Assembly (NCBI GenBank): GCA_937927695.1
Contig: CALBRU010000051.1
Coordinates: 1-38,075, forward strand
From: an uncultured Thiomonas sp.
GTDB taxonomy: Bacteria; Pseudomonadota; Gammaproteobacteria; Burkholderiales; Burkholderiaceae_C
Direction of reading: 5' to 3'
Length of the DNA stretch: 38,075 bases
The notes below the pieces were generated by a model. That model saw nothing but the letters and a program-made list of their open reading frames with translations, made no database searches and was not told where the DNA came from. A program made the translations under genes and the position numbers. This document shows, piece by piece, positions 19,385 through 28,975 of this stretch (its first letter is position 1; each line of letters opens with the position of its first letter).

Positions 19385-19948
19385 ATGGCCCTGCACCGCA
19401 TCCGCCGTATTCCCCCCCCTGCCGCTGAGTGTTGGCCGCCCGCGTTGCCCGCCGCGCGGCGCAGCGGTATCGAGAGCTGGCTGACTGATCCGGGTTCGCT
19501 CACCCGGCGTTTGCGGCGCAGCAGCGCTCGCTTCGAGTTGCGGCTGCTGCGCCAAGGCCCCGCGCGCGCCCTGCGCGATGAATATCCGCTGCTCGGTCTG
19601 CCGCAAGGCCGCAAGGTCTGGCGCCGCGACGTGCTGCTGGTGGCCGATGGCGTGCCGCGTGTGTTGGGGCACAGCGTGTGTGCGTTGTCCGCCCTGCGCG
19701 GGCCGTGGCGGCTGCTGCGGCATCTGGGCGTCAAGCCGGTGGGCGATGCGGTGTTCAGCCGTCCGCAGACTCGGCGCAGCGCCATGCGGGTCAAGCGTTT
19801 GTCTGCGGCTCATCCCTTGCTGCGGCTGGCGCGCCGCAACGGGCGGATCCGCGAGGAAGCGCTGTGGTCGCGGCGTTCGTCCTTCGTTTACAGCGGCACG
19901 CCTCTCTGGGTGATCGAGGTTTTTTTCCCAGCAGCCTGTCGGACTTGA
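19385..19948 (+). CDS. ubiC: Chorismate pyruvate-lyase
   Basis: WLTDPGSLTRRL, RDVLL, LG.KPVG..F, WSRRSSF, EVFFP; the last codons and stop come from a MITE end. Confidence 0.85.
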   Translation: MALHRIRRIPPPAAECWPPALPAARRSGIESWLTDPGSLTRRLRRSSARFELRLLRQGPARALRDEYPLLGLPQGRKVWRRDVLLVADGVPRVLGHSVCALSALRGPWRLLRHLGVKPVGDAVFSRPQTRRSAMRVKRLSAAHPLLRLARRNGRIREEALWSRRSSFVYSGTPLWVIEVFFPAACRT

Positions 19949-20018
19949 AGAATCGAAGCGAAAATCTGGCCTCGACCAGGCGGATTTGCAGCCGATTCCC
20001 TTCAAGTCCGACAGGCTG
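19932..20018. mobile_element. 87-bp MITE-like element with perfect 19-bp terminal inverted repeats
   Basis: CAGCCTGTCGGACTTGAAG ... CTTCAAGTCCGACAGGCTG, flanked by CCAG (19928-31) and CTAG (20019-22); interior partly self-complementary. Confidence 0.75.
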
Positions 20019-20103
20019 CTAGGCTGAGATTGAGACCAAAGTCACAGACCCGCCCGCCGTAACGGTAAAACTCCTTGATTTTCCGGGAGGAATTTTGTGG
20101 AAA

Positions 20104-20144
20104 TTGCGAACGGTCAAATATTGCAGGGCTTGAATTCATATACT
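20104..20144 (+). promoter_or_regulatory. Class II FNR/CRP-family-type promoter
   Basis: TTGCG-AACG-GTCAA (20104-20117, centre 20110.5) and -10 TATACT (20139-20144); the box lies about -41.5 from a start near 20152. Confidence 0.65.
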
Positions 20145-20235
20145 GCGCCCTGTATTTGTAACGTCTTGCAACGCCAGGGCTCTGAATGTCACGCGTTGCG
20201 CAATCCCCCCACCTTTTTCTCCCAGGAGAACCACT

Positions 20236-21438
20236 ATGTTGGTTAACAACCTCCGAGAACGCTATTCACCGATGTACTTCCTCGCCGCACTGGGCGCGGG
20301 CGGGCTTGCGGTGTCGTTTTTTATCTACCCCATGTTCCTGCTGCCGCATCCGGATACGCCGATGGTGACGTTCAATCACCTGTGGCCCGCGCTCACGGCC
20401 GGGGGCAATCCGCTCACTTCGGCGTTGATCGGGATCGATCTGGCGGCGATCATCCTGTTTGCGGTGCTGCATTTCTGGCTGCTGGCGTGGAATCTGCGCG
20501 AGTTCAAATGGTTCCGCCAGACTGAGGCCTACAAAAAGCTGCTGACCTCCAACGCCGAAATCAGCCTCATGGCCGTGCCGCTGACCCTGGCGATGACCAT
20601 CAACGTCGCCTTCGTCCTCGGTGCTGTGTTCGTGCCGAATTTGTGGAGCGTGGTGGAGTGGATGTATCCGGGCGCGATTGCCGCCTTCCTCGCCGTGGGC
20701 ATCTATGCCCTGCGCATTCTCGGCGTTTACTTTACCCGGCTGTTCGTGCATGCGCAGTTCGACTTCGCCGAGAACAACTCGCTGGCGCCGATGGTGTCGA
20801 TCTTCGCTTTGGCGATGGTTGCGGTGGGCCTGGCCGCACCCGGCGCCATGAGCCATCACCGCGAGATCAACGCCATCGCCATGGTGCTGTCGATCTTTTT
20901 CGCCAGCACGGCCATTCTGCTGCTGCTCGTCAAGATCGTGCTCGGGTTTGACGCCATCCTGCGCCACGGCATTCAGCCGCAGGCCGCAGGCAGTCTGTGG
21001 ATCGTCATCCCCATTCTCACTCTGCTGGGCATCACCTGGATTCGCTGGTCCATGGGCCTGTCGCATCAATTCGGCAACACCAGCCATCCGACGGATCTGC
21101 TGCTGTTCACCACGGTGGTCGTGTCGCTGCAGGTGATCTTCGGCCTGATCGGCTATGCGGTGATGAAGAAGCTCAATTACTTTGCCGACTATGCCGGCGG
21201 CGCCAAGTCCAACGCGGGCGCCTTTGCGCTGATCTGCCCCGGCGTGGCGTTCTTCGTCTTCGGTATGTTCTTCATCAGCTTCGGTCTGGTGATGCCCAAG
21301 TTGGTGGGTGCGGGCTCCTGGATGTATTACCTGCTCATGGCGCCCCTGATCGCCGTGCAACTCAAGACCATTCAGGTGTACTTCCGTCTGTTTGGCAAGA
21401 TTCTGCTCAAGCCGCGCCTGCAACTGGCGTCGGCTTGA
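20236..21438 (+). CDS. Polytopic membrane protein, TsoY-like; probable distant TDT/SLAC1 fold
   Basis: About 10 TM helices; YSPMYFLAALGAGGLAVSFF and ALICPGVA motifs, recalled from the TsoY (seleno)protein family; single Cys (C334); AGGAG RBS. Confidence 0.7.
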   Translation: MLVNNLRERYSPMYFLAALGAGGLAVSFFIYPMFLLPHPDTPMVTFNHLWPALTAGGNPLTSALIGIDLAAIILFAVLHFWLLAWNLREFKWFRQTEAYKKLLTSNAEISLMAVPLTLAMTINVAFVLGAVFVPNLWSVVEWMYPGAIAAFLAVGIYALRILGVYFTRLFVHAQFDFAENNSLAPMVSIFALAMVAVGLAAPGAMSHHREINAIAMVLSIFFASTAILLLLVKIVLGFDAILRHGIQPQAAGSLWIVIPILTLLGITWIRWSMGLSHQFGNTSHPTDLLLFTTVVVSLQVIFGLIGYAVMKKLNYFADYAGGAKSNAGAFALICPGVAFFVFGMFFISFGLVMPKLVGAGSWMYYLLMAPLIAVQLKTIQVYFRLFGKILLKPRLQLASA

Positions 21439-21453
21439 CGCCGGTCGGTAGGC

Positions 21454-21481
21454 AAAAAAAGACGTCGCGGCGTCCTTTTTT
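21454..21481. terminator. Bidirectional intrinsic terminator
   Basis: A7-GACGTC-GC-GGCGTC-C-T6 between convergent genes. Confidence 0.65.
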
Positions 21482-22986
21482 CATACGGCAAAGACTGGCG
21501 GTCGCCAATGCCCCCAGGGGCGTTCCTGTTCCAGTTGAGTGGCCAGTTGAAACAGCAAGTCCTCACGCCCCCAGGCCGCCCCGAACTGCACGCCCACAGG
21601 CAAGCCGTTGTCGTCCAAGGCCCACGGAACAGACATGGCTGGCGTGCCGGTGAGGTTGGCCAATTGTGTGAATGGAGTGCGGTGCAGATTGTCGAAGGCG
21701 AGTTGCTCCACTAGGCCACTGCGGCGCAACACCCCGCCGAGTCCGAATTGCAGAATCAGTTGCAACGCCATGCGTTGCCACCTTGGCGCCGCCAGTCCGC
21801 CGATGCGAGCCGGAGGTTGCGCGCAGGTGGGGGTGAGGTAGAGATCGAAGCGCGTGAACAACTGGCCCAGCGCGCGCATCGGGGTGTTCCAGCGGGCACG
21901 CGCCAGGGCATAGTCTCCCGCGGCAAGACCGCGACCGATCAACCCCAGAGCCTGGGTGTCCGTCTCGAAAGCCGAAGCAGGAATACCCTGCTGCTGCCAC
22001 CAGGCCAACTGCGCCGCCACCTGTCCGAAGTACATCGTGAGGTAATCGCGCGCCAGTTGCATGCCGTCGCCCACGGGATCGACCCAATCGACGTGATGCC
22101 CCAGCGATTGCAGCAGTTGCCCGCAGTCCGAAGCGGCGCGCGACCAGGCCGCATCGACCGCGCCGCCGATGGGCGAAGCCGTGCTCAGCGCAATGCGCAG
22201 CCGTTGTGTCGGCGGCTGAAGCTCCTGCGAAAAGGGCCGGGCAGGCGACTGGACGATGAACGGATCGCCCGGCTCCGGGCCTGCGATGACATCGAGCAGG
22301 GCCGCACTGTCGCGCACCGTACGGGAAATCGCATGGGTGCTGACGGCTCCCTCCCACTGCTCATCGAACTGAGGCGAACAACTCACGCGCCCGCGCGAGG
22401 GTTTGAGTCCGAACAGACCGCAATAAGCCGCCGGAATGCGGATCGACCCGCCGCCGTCTCCCGCAGCCGCCGCCGGCACAATACCCGCCGCCACCGCAGC
22501 CGCGGCACCCCCAGAAGAGCCGCCAGGCGTGTGGTCGAGATTCCACGGATTGCGCGTCGGCCCAAACGCCACCGGCTCGGTGATGGCCTTCAAGCCCAGC
22601 TCTGGCGCATTGGTCTTGCCGAAAATCAACAGCCCGGCCTGCTCCCAGCGTCGCACGACCGCGTCGGTCTGTGCCGCTGGTCTGCGGGCCAACGCAGCAT
22701 TGCCCTGGCTGGTACCGTACCCGGCCAGATCCATGCTCAGGTCCTTGAGCAGAAACGGAACTCCGGCAAACGGGGCTTTCCCGGTGCGCGCGTGCTTCAA
22801 CCCCGCTCTAGCGTGCTCGCGCAAATCTCCGATGACGGCATTGATTCGCGGATTGACCGCATCACAGCGCGCGATGGCGCGTTGCAAGACCTCCGCAGCA
22901 TCACACTCGCCACGGCGGATACGCTCAGCAAGGTCCAGGGCATCCGGAACGTGAGACGGGATGGCAGAAGGGTTTTGAGTCGACAT
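21481..22986 (-). CDS. Amidase signature family enzyme
   Basis: [38 protein letters not shown]. Confidence 0.93.
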   Translation of the reverse strand: MSTQNPSAIPSHVPDALDLAERIRRGECDAAEVLQRAIARCDAVNPRINAVIGDLREHARAGLKHARTGKAPFAGVPFLLKDLSMDLAGYGTSQGNAALARRPAAQTDAVVRRWEQAGLLIFGKTNAPELGLKAITEPVAFGPTRNPWNLDHTPGGSSGGAAAAVAAGIVPAAAAGDGGGSIRIPAAYCGLFGLKPSRGRVSCSPQFDEQWEGAVSTHAISRTVRDSAALLDVIAGPEPGDPFIVQSPARPFSQELQPPTQRLRIALSTASPIGGAVDAAWSRAASDCGQLLQSLGHHVDWVDPVGDGMQLARDYLTMYFGQVAAQLAWWQQQGIPASAFETDTQALGLIGRGLAAGDYALARARWNTPMRALGQLFTRFDLYLTPTCAQPPARIGGLAAPRWQRMALQLILQFGLGGVLRRSGLVEQLAFDNLHRTPFTQLANLTGTPAMSVPWALDDNGLPVGVQFGAAWGREDLLFQLATQLEQERPWGHWRPPVFAV

Positions 22987-23017
22987 GTTGCACACAATGA
23001 AAGCACATCCAGCGCGA

Positions 23018-23047
23018 AACAAAAAGGCCTCCCGATGAGGGGAGGCC
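23018..23047 (-). terminator. Second intrinsic terminator downstream of tRNA-Phe
   Basis: GGCCTCCC/GGGAGGCC stem (23026-23047) followed by TTTTTGTTT on the minus strand. Confidence 0.6.
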
Positions 23048-23078
23048 CTTGGCGCTCTTGAGGCAGGATATTTGACAC

Positions 23079-23110
23079 AAAAAACAAAGCCCCGCGGGCT
23101 AGGCGGGGCT
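23079..23110 (-). terminator. Intrinsic terminator of tRNA-Phe
   Basis: AGCCCCGC/GCGGGGCT stem (23088-23110) followed by TTGTTTTTT on the minus strand. Confidence 0.7.
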
Positions 23111-23127
23111 AAGTTGTTGAATTTACT

Positions 23128-23203
<76 letters not shown>

Positions 23204-23316
23204 AAAATTTCAGAAGCTGCATACGCAAAAGCGATTTTTTGAGGCGCAGCATTTTCGAAAAACAAACATCCTAGCAAAATTTTTCAGGGCACTCGCAATG
23301 TCCGGTAGGCCGCGGT

Positions 23317-24036
23317 TTATTTGGCGGATGGGTCCAGATGCGCAATGGCCTCGTCGTCCTGGAGGGACGAGGGTTCATTTCTGTTGCGCGAGCCGCGGCC
23401 GAGATCGACTCCGAGTTGTTTGATCTTGCGATAGAGGTGCGTGCGTTCGAGCCCGGTTTTTTCGGCCACGCGGGTCATGCTGCCGTTTTCGCGTGTGAGG
23501 TGAAATTCGAAATAGGCGCGTTCGAATTCATCGCGCGCCTCGCGCAAGGGGCGGTCGAGCAGAAAGGCGCGTTCTGCGGGCAGGGCCACGGGTTGTGGTG
23601 CCTGCACGGCGTTGACACCGGATATGACCGCGAGCGGTGAAGCGGGGTTGACGCCGCTGGCGCTGCGGGCCACAGGTTTGGTGAGCGCTTGCGAGACGGA
23701 TTGCAGGAGCTTCTGCAGGGCAATGGGCTTTTCGAGAAAGGCCATGGCGCCAATGCGGGTGGCTTCTACTGCGTGGTCGATGGTGCCGTGACCGGACATC
23801 ATGATGACCGGCATGGTGAGCTGTCCGCTGCTGGACCATTCTTTGAGCAGGGTGACGCCGTCGGTATCGGGCATCCAGATGTCGAGCAGCACGAGGTCGG
23901 GCCGGGCCTGGGCGCGCAGCTGCCGGGCCTGCGCGGCGTTTTCGGCCAGCGATACGGTGTGCCCTTCGTCATTGAGAATTTCCGAGAGCAACTCCCGAAT
24001 TCCCATCTCATCGTCAACTACCAAAATACTTGCCAT
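23317..24036 (-). CDS. ntrX: Response regulator, betaproteobacterial NtrX-type (REC + Fis HTH, no AAA+ domain)
   Basis: ILVVDDE, LLDIWMPD, MSGHG, FLEKP, LERTHLYRK. Confidence 0.82.
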   Translation of the reverse strand: MASILVVDDEMGIRELLSEILNDEGHTVSLAENAAQARQLRAQARPDLVLLDIWMPDTDGVTLLKEWSSSGQLTMPVIMMSGHGTIDHAVEATRIGAMAFLEKPIALQKLLQSVSQALTKPVARSASGVNPASPLAVISGVNAVQAPQPVALPAERAFLLDRPLREARDEFERAYFEFHLTRENGSMTRVAEKTGLERTHLYRKIKQLGVDLGRGSRNRNEPSSLQDDEAIAHLDPSAK

Positions 24037-24048
24037 ACCGACTCACTC

Positions 24049-26352
24049 TCATGCTTGCCGCTGGGGCGCATCCACAGAATGTTGTTGCGCCAGCCCAGGG
24101 AATATAAGGGAAACGCGTGCGCCGCAAACCGATCCCTCTGACTGCAGGTTCTGAATCTCGATGCGAGCGTGGTGTTCCTCAGCGATTTTTTTCACCACGG
24201 CCAGACCCAGACCCGTGCCACGCGGCTTGCTGGTGACATAGGGCTCGAAGGCGCGGTTGAGGATTTTGTCGCTGAATCCGGGGCCGTTGTCGCTCACGCT
24301 CAGACGCACGCGCAGGGCGGCGCCAGACGGCGTCGGCAGGGCCTCGGTGCGGATGCGCACCTTGCGCTCGGGCTGTGCGGCGACCGCATCAATGGCGTTT
24401 TGCAGCAGGTTGTGAATGACCTGCCGCAGTTGAGTGGCGTTGCCGAGAATGTGGGGCAGATCGGCAGCCAGGTCGGCCCGTACCTGCGGCTGTTCTTCGG
24501 GGCTGGCGCCATCGTGCGCAGGCAGGCTGGTGTAAAGGTTGAGCACGTCTTGGATGAGTGCGTTGAGGTTCATGGCCACGGGTTTGCCGGCTGGCAGACG
24601 CGCGTAGTCGCGGAAGTCGTTGACCATGTGCTGCATGGCCTGAACCTGGTTGACGATCGTGGTGGTGCTGCGCTGGAGCATGTCGCGATCGGCGCCTTCG
24701 AGTTTGGCGGCCAGCTTCATCTGCAGGCGCTCGGCCGAGAGCTGGATGGGCGTGAGCGGGTTCTTGATTTCGTGCGCCAGTCGCCTGGCTACTTCGGCCC
24801 AGGCGATCGAGCGCTGTGCGGAGATGACCTCGGAGATGTCGTCGAACACAACGACCGATGCGGGCTGTCCGGGCAAGGCCAGCCGTGCGCCCCGGGCCAG
24901 CAAGGTGATGGTGGCGTCGCTGCCCGGCAGCGGGTACTCGATCTGCTGCAGCCAGTGCGGGCTGGGTCCGGCATCCTCTTGTTCGTCGAGCGAAGTAAAG
25001 GCGTCGGCGATGGTCTGCGCCAGGGCCTGCAGGCTGGGGTGCTGGTTCAGCGGCTGGCCGAGCAGGCCTTGCAGTGGCGCGCGCAGCAGCCGGGTGGCGC
25101 TGGGGTTGGCCAGGGCTAGCCGCTGATCGCTGCCCAGGACCAGCACGCCCGTGCTGAGGTTGTCGAGCACGCTTTGCAGATAAGCGCGCGAGGCTTCGAG
25201 CGCGTCGTGATTGAACTGCACCTGCGCCCGGGCTTCGGCGAGCTGGTTGGTCATGGCATTGAACGAGCGCACCAGCACGCCAAGTTCGTCATTGCGCTGG
25301 AAGTTGGGCTTCTGCCGCAGGTCCCCTTCGGCCACGGCCTTCATGCCGTCGGCCAGCAGCAGCAGCGGCTTGGCCAACTGGTTGCCCAGCACCACAGCCA
25401 GCAGCACCGCCAGGAACACGGCAAGGAACAGCGTGAGCGTGAGGGTGGAGATGTACATGCGCTTCAGGCCCTCACGGCCCAGGGCGCGCTCCTGATATTC
25501 GCCATACGCGCGCTGCACTTCGAGGGCGCTGCTGGAGATGGCTTGCGGCACGTTCTGGATGAGTTGCAGATAGCGCCCATGCCCGGGCAGGACGAAATTG
25601 CGCGTGGGTAGGCTGATCACCACCCGTAGCTTCAGCGTCTGTGGGGCCTGACTGGCGCCGTCATCGCCGCCTTCGATGTCTGCAATGGAGCCCATGGTGC
25701 GCAGTTGCCGCATGCTGTTCGGGCCGGGCAGATCGGGCACCAGCGAGAACGGGTTTCCGCCCGCGGTGACGAGCACCGTGCCATTGCCATCGAATACGGT
25801 GATCTGTTGCAGCCCGAGTTGCTGCCGAAGCTGCTCCATCGAGAGTGGAGACAGCAGGGTCGGGTCATCGGCGATCTGTACCGACAGGTTGCGGGCCTTG
25901 GACTGCAGATCGTTCTGCAGCACATTGAGCGTGGTACGCCCCAGGTTCAGGCCCGCACTGAGCGCGCCTTCCACCTTGACGTCGAACCAGGTCTCGATAC
26001 TGCGGGCGACGAATTGGTAAGACACGGTGTAGATCACCACCCCGGGCAGCACGCCGACCAAGGCGAACACCGCGGCGAGTTTGAACAGCAGACGGCTGCC
26101 GAAGCGCCGCTTGTGCAGGCGCCAGCCCAGCCGCAGGCCGAGCGCCAGCACAACCAGCAGCAACACCCCCGCCACGACAAAATTGATCCAGTACAGCCAG
26201 GCAAAGAACGGGCTGGGCTGCCCCGTGTTGTCGGTTGATACCGCCAGCAGAAAAACCAGGAACACCGCCAGCGGCAGCCCCAGCGCCAGCGCCATGCGCG
26301 TGGCCCAGCGCGAGGTGCGACTGTCCCAGGCATTGCTGCTCGGCCGGGTCAT
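24049..26352 (-). CDS. ntrY: NtrY-like sensor histidine kinase (HAMP-PAS-HisKA-HATPase)
   Basis: VARRLAHEIKNPLTPIQLSAERL, NLLQNA, DNGPG, GTGLGL; ATGA overlap with DUF4390. Confidence 0.88.
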   Translation of the reverse strand: MTRPSSNAWDSRTSRWATRMALALGLPLAVFLVFLLAVSTDNTGQPSPFFAWLYWINFVVAGVLLLVVLALGLRLGWRLHKRRFGSRLLFKLAAVFALVGVLPGVVIYTVSYQFVARSIETWFDVKVEGALSAGLNLGRTTLNVLQNDLQSKARNLSVQIADDPTLLSPLSMEQLRQQLGLQQITVFDGNGTVLVTAGGNPFSLVPDLPGPNSMRQLRTMGSIADIEGGDDGASQAPQTLKLRVVISLPTRNFVLPGHGRYLQLIQNVPQAISSSALEVQRAYGEYQERALGREGLKRMYISTLTLTLFLAVFLAVLLAVVLGNQLAKPLLLLADGMKAVAEGDLRQKPNFQRNDELGVLVRSFNAMTNQLAEARAQVQFNHDALEASRAYLQSVLDNLSTGVLVLGSDQRLALANPSATRLLRAPLQGLLGQPLNQHPSLQALAQTIADAFTSLDEQEDAGPSPHWLQQIEYPLPGSDATITLLARGARLALPGQPASVVVFDDISEVISAQRSIAWAEVARRLAHEIKNPLTPIQLSAERLQMKLAAKLEGADRDMLQRSTTTIVNQVQAMQHMVNDFRDYARLPAGKPVAMNLNALIQDVLNLYTSLPAHDGASPEEQPQVRADLAADLPHILGNATQLRQVIHNLLQNAIDAVAAQPERKVRIRTEALPTPSGAALRVRLSVSDNGPGFSDKILNRAFEPYVTSKPRGTGLGLAVVKKIAEEHHARIEIQNLQSEGSVCGARVSLIFPGLAQQHSVDAPQRQA

Positions 26353-26939
26353 GGCGTCCACACGAAGGGTTGAGGCGGGAAGGTCGCTTCGATTTTCCAG
26401 TCGGACTGAGAAGAGACATTGAGCTGGAACGGCCGCGGCAACTGCGAAAGATCGAGCTTGAACCGCGCATCGAGTTGGTAGGTCTGACCGGCCGCGAGCT
26501 GCGAGGGCTCGGCCACGCGCAGATGCCGGGTGCGCTGCACTACGCCCAGCGCTTCGTCGAGACTGTCATAGTTCTGCTGCAGGCCGCCTACCGAGACCCG
26601 GTAGCGCTGCAGCAGCGGCTGATAAGCTAAACGCACTTCGCGCCGTGCCTGAGCAATATCCTCGCTGAACCAGTACCAACGCGGGCGCACCACCGTGATC
26701 ACGGTCTCGAAATAAAGCGCAATGCCGCGATGAAGCACGTCTTCGAGGCTGCGCGGCAAGGCGAACACGGCGGCCGTGGTGACAAACAAGCCCTCCGGGC
26801 TCATGGTCAGCATGAGCGGTTCGGTATCGACCGTGGTGGCCTGGGCTCGCGAGATCAGGCTGACACCTGCGACCAGCGCCAAGCCGTTACGCAGCAGCTT
26901 GCGGCGCATGGGGTCGGGGGAGGTGGGGCGGGTTTTCAC
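26349..26939 (-). CDS. DUF4390 family exported protein
   Basis: GIALYF, RPRWYW, LDLSQLPRPFQ; conserved position between rsmB and ntrY. Confidence 0.85.
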   Translation of the reverse strand: MKTRPTSPDPMRRKLLRNGLALVAGVSLISRAQATTVDTEPLMLTMSPEGLFVTTAAVFALPRSLEDVLHRGIALYFETVITVVRPRWYWFSEDIAQARREVRLAYQPLLQRYRVSVGGLQQNYDSLDEALGVVQRTRHLRVAEPSQLAAGQTYQLDARFKLDLSQLPRPFQLNVSSQSDWKIEATFPPQPFVWTP

Positions 26940-28309
26940 GATACTTTGGTGAACAGGGCGTAGAAGAACCCGTCTTGCGAATGGCGCGCAACGCCAGGGT
27001 CATCCCCGGTCTGATCGGGCGCGGGTTCCTGCGGCAACAACTGCCCCGGCGCGGGCGATGCTATCGCATCGGCATGGCGGGTGAGGAAGGCCCGGGCCTG
27101 CTCCACACCTTCCTGCGGGAACACCGAACAGGTGACATACAGTAATTTGCCGCCAGGCCGCAGCAGCGGCCAAAGCGCGTCGAGCAGCGCGGTTTGCGTG
27201 GCGGCGAGCGCGGGAATGTCGGCGGCGCGGCGCAGCCAGCGGATGTCGGGATGACGGCGGGCGATGCCCGAGGCGCTGCAGGGCGCGTCGAGCAAAATGC
27301 GGTCGAAGGGCTGTTCGTTCCACCAAGCGGCTGGATGGGCGGCATCGGCTGCGAGGGTGCGTGCCTGTAGGCCGAGGCGGTCTAGGGTGTCTTCCACCCG
27401 ACGCAAACGCTGAGCGTCTTTGTCGAGGGCGAGCAGGTCGCAATCGCAGCGCTCGAGCAGATGCGCGGTCTTGCCACCCGGCGCGGCGCAGGCGTCGAGC
27501 ACGCGCTGGCCCGGCTGGACGTCGAGCAAGGCGGCGGCGTATTGCGCTGCGGCGTCTTGCACGCTCACCCAGCCGCGCTCGAAACCGGGCAGGCGCTCAA
27601 CCGCCACCGCCTGTTTCAGAATGAGCGCTTGGTTGAGCAGGGGGTCGTCTGGCGCCGTGCACGGCAGTCCGCACGCAGTGAGCGCGGCCTGATAGTCGGT
27701 GCGCGACTGAAGACGGCGGTTCACCCGCAGCGTCATGGCAGGCTGTCGCTGCGCGACTTCGAGCACGCTCTGCCAGTCGGTGGGATAGGCCGACTGCAGG
27801 GCCTGCACCCACCAGTGCGGATGATTCCATCTCGCCTCCGGAGTGCTCATTCGCACCGCCTCGATATCGGCTGTCCGGCTCACAAAGCGCCGCAGCAAGG
27901 CGTTGGCAAACCCTTGGGCGTGGCTTAGCGAAGGCGTGCGCTTGCATGCTTCGACGGCCTGATTGACCACGGTATGCGCGGCGTAGTGCGCGGGGGCATC
28001 CGGCAAGAGCAGCGCCAGCGTGGTCTGCAAGACATCGCGCAGCAGGGGCGGGTGGATCGGTTTGGGCTGCAGATCGGCCAGCAAGGCCCGCGCCGTGCCG
28101 AGATGGCGCAAGACGGCAAAGCTCAGCGCCTGCGCTGCGCCGCGTTGGCTGGCATCCCACCTGCCGCGCGTTGCGGCCTGGGGCAAGGCGGTGGAAAGTG
28201 AAGCGCCCGCCTGCACTGCGCCGATCAATTGCGCGCAGGCGATCAGATCGCGCCACAAGGGGCGCTGGGCGGACGGGGCGGTGGGCTGGGAAGGGGAGGT
28301 CACCGGCAC
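26936..28309 (-). CDS. rsmB: 16S rRNA m5C967 methyltransferase
   Basis: VQDAAAQ, VLDACAAPGGKT, ILLDAPCSASG..RRHPDIRW, YVTCS, DGFFYA. Confidence 0.95.
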   Translation of the reverse strand: MPVTSPSQPTAPSAQRPLWRDLIACAQLIGAVQAGASLSTALPQAATRGRWDASQRGAAQALSFAVLRHLGTARALLADLQPKPIHPPLLRDVLQTTLALLLPDAPAHYAAHTVVNQAVEACKRTPSLSHAQGFANALLRRFVSRTADIEAVRMSTPEARWNHPHWWVQALQSAYPTDWQSVLEVAQRQPAMTLRVNRRLQSRTDYQAALTACGLPCTAPDDPLLNQALILKQAVAVERLPGFERGWVSVQDAAAQYAAALLDVQPGQRVLDACAAPGGKTAHLLERCDCDLLALDKDAQRLRRVEDTLDRLGLQARTLAADAAHPAAWWNEQPFDRILLDAPCSASGIARRHPDIRWLRRAADIPALAATQTALLDALWPLLRPGGKLLYVTCSVFPQEGVEQARAFLTRHADAIASPAPGQLLPQEPAPDQTGDDPGVARHSQDGFFYALFTKVS

Positions 28310-28357
28310 ATTATCGGTGCAGCCTCCCGCTGGATGAGCCGTTTGAACGGTGAGGGC

Positions 28358-28822
28358 TCAGGGGCAGATGTAGGCGTAGCCCTCACGGTATTGCAGATTA
28401 GCGGCCTCGGCCACGCCAGAAGGCACGATGGTGGCATCGAGCAGCACGCGGTCTTTGGGGATTTTGCGCGCGGTCAGGGTGTTGTTGCAGACGCGGAACG
28501 ACACGCCTTGCGCCGCCAGGCCGCCGACCAAGCCGGAAAAGTCGGCGCCCTTTCCATCTTCTGCGCCGCTCAGCATGAAGTCGATGCCCGCGCCGTTTCC
28601 GACGACCACGATTTTCGCCGTGGGGTCTGCGGCCAGATGGTTGCGTACATTGCCCAGGCAGCGCGAGCCTTGTGCGTCGCCCTGCGTGACGTGATAGACG
28701 ACTTTCACGGGCCCTTCCTTGTCTGCGCGTCCTTGCGCGCGCGCGGTGGTGCTGACCATGAGTGCCGCGGCGCCAACAGTTGCCGCAGCCAGTGCCTTGC
28801 GGCGATTGGGGGTGTTCTCCAT
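28358..28822 (-). CDS. Exported DsrE-family protein (Tat signal)
   Basis: NRRKAL Tat motif, KVVYH, VVGNG.GI, FRVCNNTL, VPSGVAE, EGYAYICP; AAGGAGG RBS. Confidence 0.85.
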   Translation of the reverse strand: MENTPNRRKALAAATVGAAALMVSTTARAQGRADKEGPVKVVYHVTQGDAQGSRCLGNVRNHLAADPTAKIVVVGNGAGIDFMLSGAEDGKGADFSGLVGGLAAQGVSFRVCNNTLTARKIPKDRVLLDATIVPSGVAEAANLQYREGYAYICP

Positions 28823-28874
28823 TTGTCTCCTCCTTGGGATGGTGGTCGCGTTGCGCTCTTATGGCGTTGCCGCG

Positions 28875-28904
28875 AAAAGAAAGGGCCGACTACAGACCGG
28901 CCCT
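28875..28904 (-). terminator. Intrinsic terminator after fccB
   Basis: AGGGCCG/CGGCCCT stem followed by TTCTTTT on the minus strand. Confidence 0.6.
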
Positions 28905-28975
28905 GACATGATGCCTGCGAACCACGCACCGCACAATCCGGGCAAAACCAGACCCTGCGGCGCGTGGGTGTGTGA

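Noticed and set aside
14998-20022. CRISPR array or full IS suggested by the palindromic elements
   Set aside because: No repeat-spacer periodicity, cas genes or transposase; each element occurs once in the window.
21235-21237. Selenocysteine in the TsoY-like ORF
   Set aside because: The codon is TGC (Cys); there is no in-frame TGA.
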